DNA of 60,263 nucleotides, counting the filler, from Catajapyx aquilonaris (Eukaryota), in the NCBI GenBank assembly GCA_000934665.2. It is 4 parts of 4 records of this genome, joined end to end, with 100 filler letters (N's around TTAATTAATTAA, not from the genome) between each part and the next. Parts side by side here need not be neighbours in the genome. Positions count along the whole stretch, not along the records: positions 30,190 to 45,185 come from KZ539718.1; positions 45,286 to 60,263 come from KZ539719.1; 2 more parts are not named here. One strand, 5' to 3'. The position numbers were made by a program, and so were the translations under genes. Within the stretch, counting starts at the first letter, position 1. Each line of letters begins with the position of its first letter. Under the pieces are notes generated by a model. The model searched no databases. It was not told where the DNA came from and was given only the letters and a program-made list of their open reading frames with translations. This document shows, piece by piece, positions 39,527-51,852 of the stretch.

Positions 39527-40609
39527 TATATGCGACTTAAAATATTTTATACCGTTTATAAATGAGTACAGCAAATTTTTATGTGTAATCGTAGATTACC
39601 AATCATAGTATGGTTCACAAGAGTCAACTGCAAAAAATTGCATATTTGCAATAGTAGGCCAGATTATGAAAAAATAGCATGGTCCAAGTTGCTTGTGGTG
39701 AAGGTAAGGCCCAAAGGGATTTAGCAGCTCCCTTGGAACTTCCAGAAAGGGCAGGTGCTGCTGCCAAAGCATGCCTGAAAAAATCCTGTAGATAATTACT
39801 GAACTGGATCAAATGAAAATTATATAAGAGGAATAAAATTGAGATGCCATTCAAGACAGATAGTTGCAGACTCTATGGTACCCATAACCTCAGGCAGATA
39901 GGTGATAGGTGGAATATGAGTCAGACAGAGGCTATGTAAAGATGGTGGCACTCCAGGAATGCAGAGAGCTCTTGCGGAACTTAGGAAAAAGGAAAAAGGG
40001 ATTATAAAAGCATGCTGTCTGTGCTTCTGTTTGATAGGAACCATTGCAGATTTGTATTTGACTCATAACTTCCTGCAGTTGGTCAATTGGTTTAGGGAAA
40101 GTTGGACTGCATATGCTTGAAGACATTTGTCAAAGAGGAGGAAAGAACGTGTTTGGTTAGTGCATGGTAGAGACACCCTATATTGAAATTTATTGGAGAA
40201 TTCAAGCACAACATGGATCTGCTGTGTATCTTCAATGAATTGTGTCAAAATAATTCCAAGTGTCATAAAACAATTTGGCTGGCATGTCAACTACTTTCAC
40301 CTTCTTAGAATTTTTCACACTTGTAGACAAGTGCCTGCAAGGTACGTGGTAGATCCACACTGTACCCGCATTTGGTGACACATTTTGATGAGTTATGTGA
40401 CTTTGTGTGCCAAATCAGATTACTCGTCTCCTTGGTGTGAACAGTTGAAAGGGCAATCTGCACACTTGCACTATTTGCAGTTTAAGGTTAAAACTCTTTT
40501 TACATGCCTTCAGTGGAACCAGAGGTTGAGAAACCTGAACCTGGTAAGGTCAAGTAGATAGTCACACAAAGAGTAGAATATCATTCTAAATGAGGTTCTT
40601 GATTTTCAG

Positions 40610-40814
40610 AGGAAGAGGGACAGGCGCTGTGGCTAAGCTCAGACAGGGATTACACATATGAAGAGCTGCTCACCAGAGTGTTTGATATTATGCGTGAGAA
40701 AAACCCAGATATGGAAGCAGGACGGAAACAGAAATTTGTCATGCGACCACCACAAGTTGTTCGCATTGGGACCAAGAAGACTTCTTTTGCCAACTTCACC
40801 GAGATCTGCAAGAT
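40610..40814 (+). CDS. EIF2S2: eIF2-beta exon (start of the conserved core)
   Basis: [61 protein letters not shown]; canonical splice sites. Confidence 0.97.
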
Positions 40815-43800
40815 GTGAGTTGATGCCTGTCATTTTTAAAAAGTGGTGTGAATTGTTGAAGCTTCCTTTCAAGCTTGAATTCTCGCAGTTTCTCAGAGAA
40901 AAATTGACGCAAGGCCTAACAGGTTGCAATGTTAAGTAAAAATCTAAGCCATCTTCATAATATTTCTTAATGACTACACAACTAACTCCAGATGAAGATG
41001 AGATTTAGATGTGCTCAGTGTCCTTATAGTCTGCATCGAATACAATGCAACAAAGCATGCTGTTATTGGGATTTTGATATCAATGAGATTGATTAACTTC
41101 TGCCAGTGAGTTTCAATAGGATATGGCCGTGTTTGTGTGGGTTTTCTCGGGGTTCTCCCCTTTCTTCCCACTACCATAAACCTATCACACGAATGCCAGA
41201 TAGCCTTAGTTGTTTTGGCACAACCAACAAACCAACCAACTTCTGCCAGTGCACAGTAGGCCAGGCGGACGGGTTACTTGGCCATAATGTCAGAAAATGC
41301 GACTTTTAAAAATCGGATAGAAATATATGCCTTTCAAATCTACACAACCTGAGGACCTTTCCCTTCAGTTCTGTAAGTAGCCTGATATGCATGGGCGCCA
41401 GAAAAAATTAAAGCTCTGGAAAGATTTTCAGGGTGTCTGAAATTGCTAATGAAATTCTTCGTGTTTGAGATGTTATTGTGGAGAGAATTATTGATCACAG
41501 CAAAAAATATTGGCTCAATACGGAGTATTGGTTCCTTTTAAGTAATGGTAAATTGAATATGACTTCAACGTTGGAGATCTTGATTAAGAAAAATATCAGG
41601 TTATATGGCAGTGCAGATTAATGACCCTCTCTTTCATAGTGTAAACTTTATTTTAAAAAGTCCCCAAAAGTCCCCAGGAATTTTTGTGTCACAAGGGTGA
41701 GAAAACCTTGGGGAAGAGGGTACAACAGTTTTCCTTTGCCCAAAATTCCCCCTTTTTGAGATATCGCACCATTAACACGACCGTGCGAAATGCGTCAGTG
41801 GGCTGGGGAGGCATTCCCGGGCTCTGGACTTTGGTAGGTTGTGTGTGAATGCAGTAAGAGGCTAGACATTGGTTGAAAATCTTCCTCAGACAACAGCCAC
41901 AGGTTAGTGTTCGCAAAATGTGCGTGCATGCAGTTATACAGGATGTCCCAATACGAATGCGGATCTGAAATGACTTTAGGACCCTCAAAACCAGCTGATA
42001 TCGATATTTCTGTGAAAATACTGCTGAGTGCTCTGGTTATCTGGTGTGGGAGAGGAGTAGGTCTACATAGTATTTACTTATGGCTATGAAAAAAGGCGTA
42101 TTCACACGGTGAATTCGGCGGAAGTATGACGTTACATACAGCTAAGCCAAAAACATTGCATTATAAGTATTCTCAACAATGCGTTATTATGTGCAAAACT
42201 TAGCGATTCAATGTGGAACTGGAATGCTTCAAGTGTGTTAACCTACTGCGCAGAGAAAGTTATTCAATTGCCCATATTTAAGCCTGACTTATTGATTATA
42301 GTCACACTGACGCACTGTAGACGACCGCCATATTGCAATTTATTATTACGCGCCATTTTAAATATAGAGTAGACTACCCAAGAGTATAATTTGGTATTAG
42401 TTATTATAGGCGTACCTAATGAGTTGGTTTTCACTACCTTATAAATCTCTCCTACTCCCGTGTATTCTATACTTTTGTACTTCCAATCGACACCATTTTG
42501 AATGGGTTTAGTTTGTCATATCAAGTAGAGTACATGTTTGTAAGAATGGGAATTGTACACTAAGCTGTGAAAGAGCGAACTTTTTTGACTTGAAATCTGC
42601 GCCTGGGCTCTCTACACTTATCCACTTTTACCGTCTCCATTTTGTTTCTATACTGAAATTTGTAGGCTCCCAATATTTACACGGTCAACATGGCCATGTT
42701 GTGAAATTTTCGTGCTTGTATCGTGTGACCTCAGAAGTCAAAGGTTACCTTCTATTCCGATTACATAATCAGAACACAGACTGCCTCGTTACGCTTTGCT
42801 TTAATGCTCAATCAGGTAGGAGTACAGCACTCATTGCAACTCACCAGGGAGACGACGCAGCAAGCGTCCACCCTGCTCGGCTGCTCACACTCGACTCTCT
42901 CCTCCCTCTCCCCCGCCTCCCCCCTCCCTGCCGCCGGCAATAAGTGGTGCCAATCGCACCGCACCCCCAAGGTGCCAATCTCCCGGCGGAGAAGAGCAAG
43001 GCGGGCAGTACAATTCTGTCACAATCGCAATAGGAACGGCAAGGGGAGTTTTGGACAAGTAACCTCGCGCCCTGGCCTACTGTGCAGTGGGGTGAGAATT
43101 TAACACCTGGACAGGTGGCACATAGAAAGTGCTTGTAGCCTTGACACTGTTTACAGTGACACAAGAGTTATAGAAAATGTGGTTTCTGTATGGCCTTGAA
43201 ACTCTTTTGACCTTAGGAAATCAAACTTGAGGGAACCATAAAGGAGGGCCCGCCTGCTCGCGACAGTTTTTATGTAATTTTTCAGGAAATGTCAGAAAAT
43301 TCACAATTTTTAAGGTTGCTTGTTTCACAAAAAAATACTGTTGACTCAGGATCGCTCAGGATATAACAGCCTCGACTCAAGCAGACTCACAAGACTGATC
43401 CTGCCATACTTCCATATATGACTATAACAGACTGATGTCTGCGATCCCTTGAAGTCTGTTATATCCAGAGTCTACTATATTTCAAAAATAAAGTAGGCCT
43501 ATTCTGCAACTCCTTTTACACAATGTGACAACCCTTAAAATGGGAAGCTAGTAATTCACACATATTATCCCTAATTAGACTGGCGTTTTTTTGGCGATTT
43601 TGCACAAATCAGAAAATAAATCTCTGTTTCAACTATTGGCGCTTCCACACACTGGAGAAAACATTGTCGAGTCAGGAGATGTCTAAGCTCGGTTCTAGCG
43701 CTAGGAGTTTGAGCACTGATCTCTATATACAGGGTGGACGGAAAGTTTCGGACCCCCTCAGGTTTTTTAACCCTACTTTTCACAGCATCTTTTCACAGCT

Positions 43801-44436
43801 TTTAAAAGTCCACAAGCAGTTCTAATGTATACTATCTTTTGAAGCATAATGTTGAGAACATCTGAGCACCTTCGCTCTCGCAATTCCATTAATAACTTCG
43901 CCTCTGTGACTCATCTAAACATCCTATCTGTTTTGCATTTATTTTGCTTGTTGCCTTGGAGGACCCCTGGTCATATTCTGCGTCAGATAAGGTTTTTATG
44001 ACCCTTTTCCATGAGTTCCCCTTCATGCAAATGTTGTGAACTCACTCCTGACCTTATTTTTCGCATTGGTCCATAACCTGGTCCAGGGTCATTCCATGTC
44101 AAATCATCACAGTTTGGAATTAAAATAGGCCTTGACCCCTCAGATTTTGATGAAACTTGGTGTATCTAGTGTCCTTACATAGTTATGAATGAAAACCAAA
44201 AGAAATAATTTTTTTGGCCTACCATTCAAGAGTTATTAAATATTCCAATTTTGACTAAAAATTGCTGCGTCTTGAAATACTCAAGTATTATTTTCTCAGG
44301 AACCAGATGAGATATAAACCTGGGGAATGTCTCATATTGAAGGTCTTTCTATGGGCTTTAATTTGATATGTAACACGGCAGAGGTTATCATATTTATTAA
44401 AAAATTTAAACTCAATTAAATCTTTAAATTTAAATA

Positions 44437-45125
44437 CAGGGTGATTACAAATGAATAGTATAATTACAAATGCATATAGCTCCGTACCTATCAACCGCAC
44501 ATGAACGTGTTATACACCAAATGAAAGAGGAGGTTTTGAAGTTTATTTCATACCTTATAAATGTTCTATATGACTTCCCTTGGTCACTCGAGAAACGTCG
44601 ATCCGATAGTGCAATTCCTCCAATACTCGTGCCAGCATGTCCGTTGTCACTGACTCAACCGCAGCAACAATGCGATGTTTGAGTTCATCCAGGGTTGTTG
44701 GTATCGGTGGCTCGTACACAGCATCCTTAACGTACCCCCAAAGGAAGAAGTCGCATGGCGTCAAATCCGGCGACCTTGGGGGCCAGCAGTAAAGCGACAA
44801 GTCTTGCTGGTCACTGCGACCTATCCAACGACGAAGGAGCACATTGTTCAGAAACTGGCGAACATCTGAATGCCAGTGCATTGTTACTGCGGTTGAGTCA
44901 GTGACAACGGACATGCTGGCACGAGTATGGGAGGAATTGCACTATCGGATCGACGTTTCTCGAGTGACCAAGGGAAGTCATATAGAACATTTATAAGGCA
45001 TGAAAAAAACTTTAAAACCTCCTCTTTCATTTGGTGTATAACACGTTCATGTACGGTTGATAGGTACGGAGCTATATGTATTTGTAATTATACTTGCCCA
45101 ACTGCATGGTAATTCGCTCACCCTG
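44437..45125 (-). mobile_element. rosa/DD41D-like Tc1-mariner derivative with a duplicated 3' end
   Basis: WIGR...WPPRSPDLTPCDFFLWGYVKDAVY...GSHIEHL; arms 44437-44673 and 44878-45125; CAGGGTGA termini. Confidence 0.9.
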
Positions 45126-45185
45126 AACATTTGCACCATAGATGAGCAGAAACCCACCAATGCGCGAAATTATTGAAGACACAAT

Positions 45186-45285
45186 NNNNNNNNNNNNNNN
45201 NNNNNNNNNNNNNNNNNNNNNNNNNNNNNTTAATTAATTAANNNNNNNNNNNNNNNNNNNNNNNNNNNNNNNNNNNNNNNNNNNN
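45186..45285. other. Artificial contig linker
   Basis: N44-TTAATTAATTAA-N44. Confidence 0.97.
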
Positions 45286-45722
45286 CGAAAGGGAAGCGCT
45301 ACATGCGGGCCCATGTTGGGTCCCCCAATGTAGCACTTCCCTTTTGTACCTATAAAGCTCAGCCTAGTCCGGTAGGGTCGCCACTTATCCGGAGACTCCG
45401 GATGTCTCATGGCGCTCTCAGGTGAGCACCCTCTGCAAAATTCCTCGGCAGGTGATAAGATCTGAAGGTAGTATGAGTGTCCGGGGGCTGGTTGGCTCCA
45501 ATTACTATTATTTTTCCCAATGGTAATATTGGATGAAAACGTGAAACCCAGTTTATTCTACTTAGATCTGCAAAAGTAACTTCTCCAAACATCAAATGGC
45601 CACTAAAGTGTTTCATTTTCAAATCTCTATTTAATTTTTATTGAAACAGAAGTTTAGCAATATTTTAGGGTTGCAATTTGTTCACCAAAATAAATATGAT
45701 GGTGTAAATGTGCGTGAATTGC

Positions 45723-45960
45723 GGGGAGGTGGAGAGGCACAGTAGTAATGCTTGTAGCCATGGATGGACAGGTCTAGGTTCGATCCCAAGCCTTTCTCAT
45801 CTAGTGGAGAAGTTTGTCATCTCTAGGTACATTTCAGATAAGATTTCTGCACCTCGTGGCACTGCACAAAATGGCATTGCACTCACACCTGCACATCTAA
45901 CCCTCATTTGCTCTGGTACCTGAGCACTAGTTCTAACAAAAGTAAGTGCCAAAAAGCTTG
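45723..45960 (+). mobile_element. Degenerate tRNA-derived SINE (family B-related)
   Basis: GGGGAGGTGG head, GGTTCGATCCC, CATTGCACT core. Confidence 0.6.
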
Positions 45961-48900
45961 TATATGTAAGCAAGTGCTTCCCAAACATGGGACACGAATT
46001 TTACGAAGCGATTTGCAGAAGTCACCAACGAAAAAGATTGGGGACCATTGATCTTAACAGATCAAGGTATCACACCAGACACTTTGTACGGGGGTGCACT
46101 AACTGAATCATTTAACCCTATGTTGAACTTGGTGTCAGTCAACGTACACATAAGTGATTGAAAGTGGAGGAATAATTATAAATTATCCTTCCAGGGAGCC
46201 GGTTCATAGGTACGGATTGCCGTAGGTCGGGTCATTCATAAACCTGGGACTACCTGTTGAGGGTTTTTTTTAATGCATGTGAAGTAAGGGTTTCCCATTT
46301 TAAGGTTGCCAGTGTGTACGCGGTTTTGCACAATCATGAACAATAAGGGACTCAATAAATTGAGCATTTTTTAACGTTACTTGATATAATTACATAAAAA
46401 TTCTCAATTCCCTGTAACTCTTTCTGTGTACATATCAAGTTGGAAAATATTGTAAAATTATGATTTTCAAACCCAGATTACTTGGCTGGGGATCTAATTA
46501 GGAAAAAAAAAAAACTTGGGTTCACTTTTTCATCCAATATATTTAGGAACTACATAATTATGATTGTGATTGGAGCCAGCAATGATCCTGCCAGGGATCC
46601 TTTCCCTGAGAAGTAAAATTCAATTGGCAAGTCAAGTTCTTGATCAATTGATAGTGTTAGGTTACCATGTACTACAAGTACCCAGTTTGCAAACGGTAAC
46701 GCTCGCTAGAACAATGAATACTGCTCTTCTCTCATCATTATCGGGATCCATATGATTTATTTCATACCCCGACTATTTTAAAGCAATGGTTTTCCATTCA
46801 CAAACATATGCAAGTACTTTTTTTTTTTGTTGTCCCTTCTTCCCAGTACATACAGTCACACACTGAAAGTTGGGACCACATTTTTTTATTGTCTACTTAA
46901 ATCATTATTTTCCTCTCATCATTGCACCTTTACAAAAAACAGGTTGGATATATTATTATTTTTTGCTTTGACCTCTTTATTGGCTTTTGCACAGACAATA
47001 TTAATCATTAGATTTGGGTTACTACAAGTGCGCAGGAAATATATTTTTTTTGCAAGATTTTTTTTTCTTCTTTTCTTACACTGTTTGTCAGTCCAACTTG
47101 GCAGCTCAATAAATCAGGTTCTCCTCATATTGTTGTTTTTTAAATTATTTTTGGGAAAGGCGTGGAGAAGGACAGGTTAGGGAGTTGATTCATTTTCACT
47201 AAACACGGACTGCCAGTAGGAATAGATTTTGTCAATATATCATTAATATATATTTATATATATATACTTTATTTATACTTGATCATGATCCAAGTCCGCA
47301 CTATAGTGGCAAGCCCCTTCTTAAGTCATTATTACAGTTATTTGTCCCCTCCTTCTCCCCCTTCTCCTATATCTAAAAAATAACAGGTGGTGATTAGGGA
47401 AGGGAAATAAAGAAATAAAATTATAAATGAGGTGAGGAGGAGATGGGACTGGTGGGAAGAAGAATAACAATACAAAGGGCAGTCACAATTAAGTCAACTA
47501 TTGCTAAACACTTCTTGTTTCACCGCAAGCAATCACTTGTTTTTAGGTAGCTTTTTGATTGGAGGGCAAAGGGTAGTTCAAGTAATTTCCACAACTTAAC
47601 TAAAAAGTAACAACAATACGAGCCGCGCCAAGAGTGGATGTAAAGAGGGGGTTCAGGGCTTATATATATTTTTTTCACATGCATCACTTTCAGTCACATA
47701 ATTCACTCTCAAAAACAGGAGGAAGGGTGGTAACAGGAGGGACACGTGATGATAATTGTCCATACTCTTTTTCTTATAAAGTCTTGTAACAAGTACAGCT
47801 GGGGGACTCATATTTCTTTTCGGTTACAGATGGAACACAGGGAAGGTCGACATCTATGCACACAATGGGGAAATGTGTTCGAACTGAGATCAGAAACCAC
47901 TTGTGCTCGGTCCTGCTCCAATACATGATTTGGATCCAAAATCCTATCAATGGAACTATTGCAGCTTGGGGAGGTAGAGCATGGGAAACAACATTAATGT
48001 AATTAAATACTGTGACAGTGATCAAACACTTGGGACTGATCCTGAAATAACAGATATGAACCCAGAAGGCCTTTGCATAGCTCTTTAGATATGATGGAGT
48101 TGCATCAAGTTGTGCTATTCATTCATTCACAAGCCTTTGGTCGTTATTCATGAATTAATTTCCCCAAACTGGGAACAAAGCCTCAGGAATGAGTGAAGCA
48201 AGACACTAACCCTCTGAAACAATATTAATGTGTTTTTTCTGATCACATCTCGAGAAATTTCCACATCACATAATTTCACAAATAAATAAAAGCATAATAT
48301 AATCAACACACTTCCCTTCCTTCCCCCCCCCCCTCCCTCCCATAAAAAAAAGTTCCATCCATCATGAGTAGTCCCCAACTGGACAATTATTGTTTTCTTT
48401 TTAAAAATTCATTGGCATCATTTGTCAACTTCACTTCACATTATTTACAAAAGAGGGGTGGGGACAGCAAATAAGACACCAGAGTCTCTCTCCGGAGGCA
48501 AAAAGCAATACATGGCATTAGGTGGTGGTTGGTGGGTGGGGGAGGAAGGGGAGAGCATTATTCTACACCACTTTACTCAGCAGAAATTTCCCCATGTTAA
48601 TTTGGCCAGGTAATTTTTGGTCTGGGGGGCCAACACACACTGGCCTATAACTAGGGCCAAAAAAAAGGACAATAAAAGTTGAAAACTAAATCAACAAAAT
48701 GTCCCTACCATCTATGAATGTTCTCTACACAGCTTGGTATTTTTTACGTTAATTTTTGGACATTTTTTCCCTGTAAAACTGAGAGTTGCTCAGTTTACCT
48801 GTACACCAAATGTTATCCACAAGTTTTTTCTTCTCACTTGATAGGGAGGTGTTTGTGTATCTGCATAAACCCCACTCATCAAATTTCTTTGCACCACCAC

Positions 48901-49589
48901 CAAACTAATAATACCATCTCCTGCAACCACACGTCTCTTCACTTCTTTAAAAAGTGGCCTGGGTTGATAAACCTTACAAAAAAACTCTAAAAGAGTCCAC
49001 GAATTTACATTTCTGCACGAATAAATCTGTACATTCAAATGTTTCTTTTAAGTGGGGATAAAGCACCAGGTTGTAAAACATAGTACTTAAATTAATAAAA
49101 TAAATCCAACTAACACCTGCCATCTGACATTTCTAGCATGATTTGCCAATCTCTGGTATTTCCCCCAAGAAAGAGGATTTAATACATGTAAATGATTTGA
49201 GACCTCTGTCTAGTAAACTTTCAAATAAAAATAAGATCAAAATGTAAACAAAATTAAAAAGGGAAGCTGTTCTCGGCCTTATATACAGTCACAGAAAACC
49301 CTGTGAGGAATCTGGGCAGACAAACAAACCTCACTTCCAAGTAAAAGGTAAATCATTATCAAAAAAAGACTATAAAAATTGCAATCAAAAATTTACCCAA
49401 TCCCCACGCCCTCCAAAAATGAACAAACCGGCCCAGCCGGCCCTCCCCCCTCCCACATCCACCAATAAAACCCACCCCATGTAAACCCCCACCCTCCCAG
49501 ATAAAAACCAATTTTTCCATTATTGAATTTTGCCACAGGCTCCTCTTTTTGTTATTCCCCTGCCTAATTCCACAACTTCCTTCGACACA

Positions 49590-49728
49590 TCATTTAGGTG
49601 TCTTAGGTGAAACTTGCGAGAGGTTGCTGGTGGTCACTGTTGACATACTTTCCTTCCCGCGGTGATTGAGCTCCAGCTCAACCAGCTTCTTCCACAGCTC
49701 ATCTCTTTCACGCTCTCGCTTCTTCTCC
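49590..49728 (-). CDS. PPP2R5: PP2A B56 (B') regulatory subunit, last coding exon
   Basis: EKKRERERDELWKKLVELEL...SPKTPK-stop; phase matches the 57487-57716 exon. Confidence 0.88.
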
Positions 49729-51082
49729 CTTTAGCCAGAACAAACGGTAATGAAAGTGAAATTATAATTTGAAATATACAAGTAACTTTTAAGACATTCA
49801 TGCCATAAATGTAAGTGTGGCATAACTGGAATTTGAAAAAGACAGCACATAAAACTTTCAGTATTCTTTCATCCTTCACCAGCACACAATGTTTCATAAT
49901 GATTCTGACAAATTTATAGAGTGAATTCCTGGGCAGCAGAGGGTCACATATGTGTGGGTCATTACTGAGTTAATTAGCTTTAGTCAGAGTGTATTATATC
50001 ATCTATGTTGTCGATACAGCCAATAACACTTCTATCACCACAGAAAACACCTGATACACCTAATCAACCAATCAGTTGCTATTGTTACCACTTTGTACAT
50101 ATACAATAATCAAAAAGCCCCACTTTTTCCTGATTTAGCTAATGAAATCGAAGTTTAAATTCAAATAGCACAGGCACACCTATATTTCAAATGAAAAAGG
50201 CAAGGTCACACAGAGAGACGCATACCTGCCAGGATATTTTATATCTTGTGCTTGAAGCCCATTATCTTGGTAATGAGGCTGTGGTGCACTCGACAGCTTC
50301 TGGTTCCCAGGTATTCAACCTAGAAGTTTGTCTGAATCATTATGAAACACCCTGTAATTTTACACAAAGTCCTTTTCCAAGTGTAACCTTGAACCAATTT
50401 GAAAGAGGGCAGCAATTATATCAAGCTTCTCTCCATGATGCAACTTAAGCCATACTCCTTAAATTGTTTCAGAAGTCACATACACCACACTTATTTGCAT
50501 AGGCCAATTTTATAAGCAGTTGCTACCTAAAACATGTGAGAAATGTTTTCAACATCTAAAATAACACCCCCCCCCCCCCCCCCCCNNNNNNNNNNNNNNN
50601 NNNNNNNNNNNNNNNNNNNNNNNNNNNNNNNNNNNNNNNNNNNNNNNNNNNNNNNNNNNNNNNNNNNNNNNNNNNNNNNNNNNNNNNNNNNNNNNNNNNN
50701 NNNNNNNNNNNNNNNNNNNNNNNNNNNNNNNNNNNNNNNNNNNNNNNNNNNNNNNNNNNNNNNNNNNNNGGGGGGGGGGGGGGAGAAACGTCATATTCTT
50801 TGTACCGTAACCATAGTAATGCCATGGTAATTAATATTTAGACGTGTGTGTGACCAAAGAGTTCTGCTTTTATTATACATTACTAGAGAGACCACTCGAG
50901 ATGAAATGAAAGGCAAGCTAACAATATCACCATAGTAAAGACGGGGGCGCCTGACATTATTGGACTAATTGTTGTCCCAGTTGCTAGACAAATGTTAGAC
51001 TAACAATATTACCCTAGATGCCTCAAACCTGGCTACTGGGAAAGGATAGGGAGTCATCTCTCTCTAGTTACTATATATGATA

Positions 51083-51817
51083 CAGGGTGTTTCAGAGTCA
51101 CGGGTCAAGCACGCCCAAGGGGGTGAAAATCGTAGGTGGCGACAATCCGGGTCGGTTTTATAAAACAATTAGAAATACGGCAGTAATCAATTTTTTTATT
51201 TTTTTTATTTTTTTTACGTTACCCCGTGATAAGGCTGAGCCTTTTAAGAGGGGTGGAATACCACCATTTCACTCCATTCACCGGTGCAAGGAGTCAAGGA
51301 TGTAGGGTAGGGATTGGGATTTTTTCCCCCGAGTAATCAATTTATTTATTACGGCCGTACGACATGACGTCACGTCCTATCTGATTCGAATTGACAGGCG
51401 TGGACTGGCAGTGGGTTGAACCATGGCCACCTGGTTGAACCTGGCTGAGCGGCTGTTTAGCATTGCGGGTTGCACTGAAAAAGGCGCTCTCATGCTATAC
51501 TGGGAGGGTACTGCACACACCAGTACACTACTTTGTGCAGTACCCACCCGGTATAGCATGAGAGCGCCTTTTTCAGTGCAACACGCAAGGCTAAAAAGCC
51601 GCCCAACCAGGTTCAACCAACTGAATCTGCCAGTCCGCGCCAGTCAATTCTAATACAGAAAGGATGTGACGTCACGCCGAACGCCGTACGGCCGTAATAA
51701 ATAAATTGATTACTCCCGTATTTCTAATTGTTTTATAAAACCGACCGGGGTTGTCGCCACCTACGATTTTTCCCCACCCTCTCGCACGCGCTTGACCTAT
51801 GACTCTGAAACACCCAG
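51083..51817. mobile_element. Almost fully palindromic Tc1/mariner-type MITE
   Basis: CAGGGTGTTTCAGAGTCA termini; arms pair up to a ~13-nt centre near 51525; SINE tail inserted in the left arm. Confidence 0.9.
51194..51331 (-). mobile_element. 5'-truncated SINE tail (family B)
   Basis: Matches 26735-26875; TSD AGTAATCAATTT; empty site visible in the opposite MITE arm. Confidence 0.85.
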
Positions 51818-51852
51818 TGTGTATATATATATGTGTGTATATATATATATAT

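Noticed and set aside
50566..50784. Poly-C/poly-G runs flanking N gaps
   Set aside because: Sequencing dropout at G/C homopolymers; ORFs spanning them are meaningless
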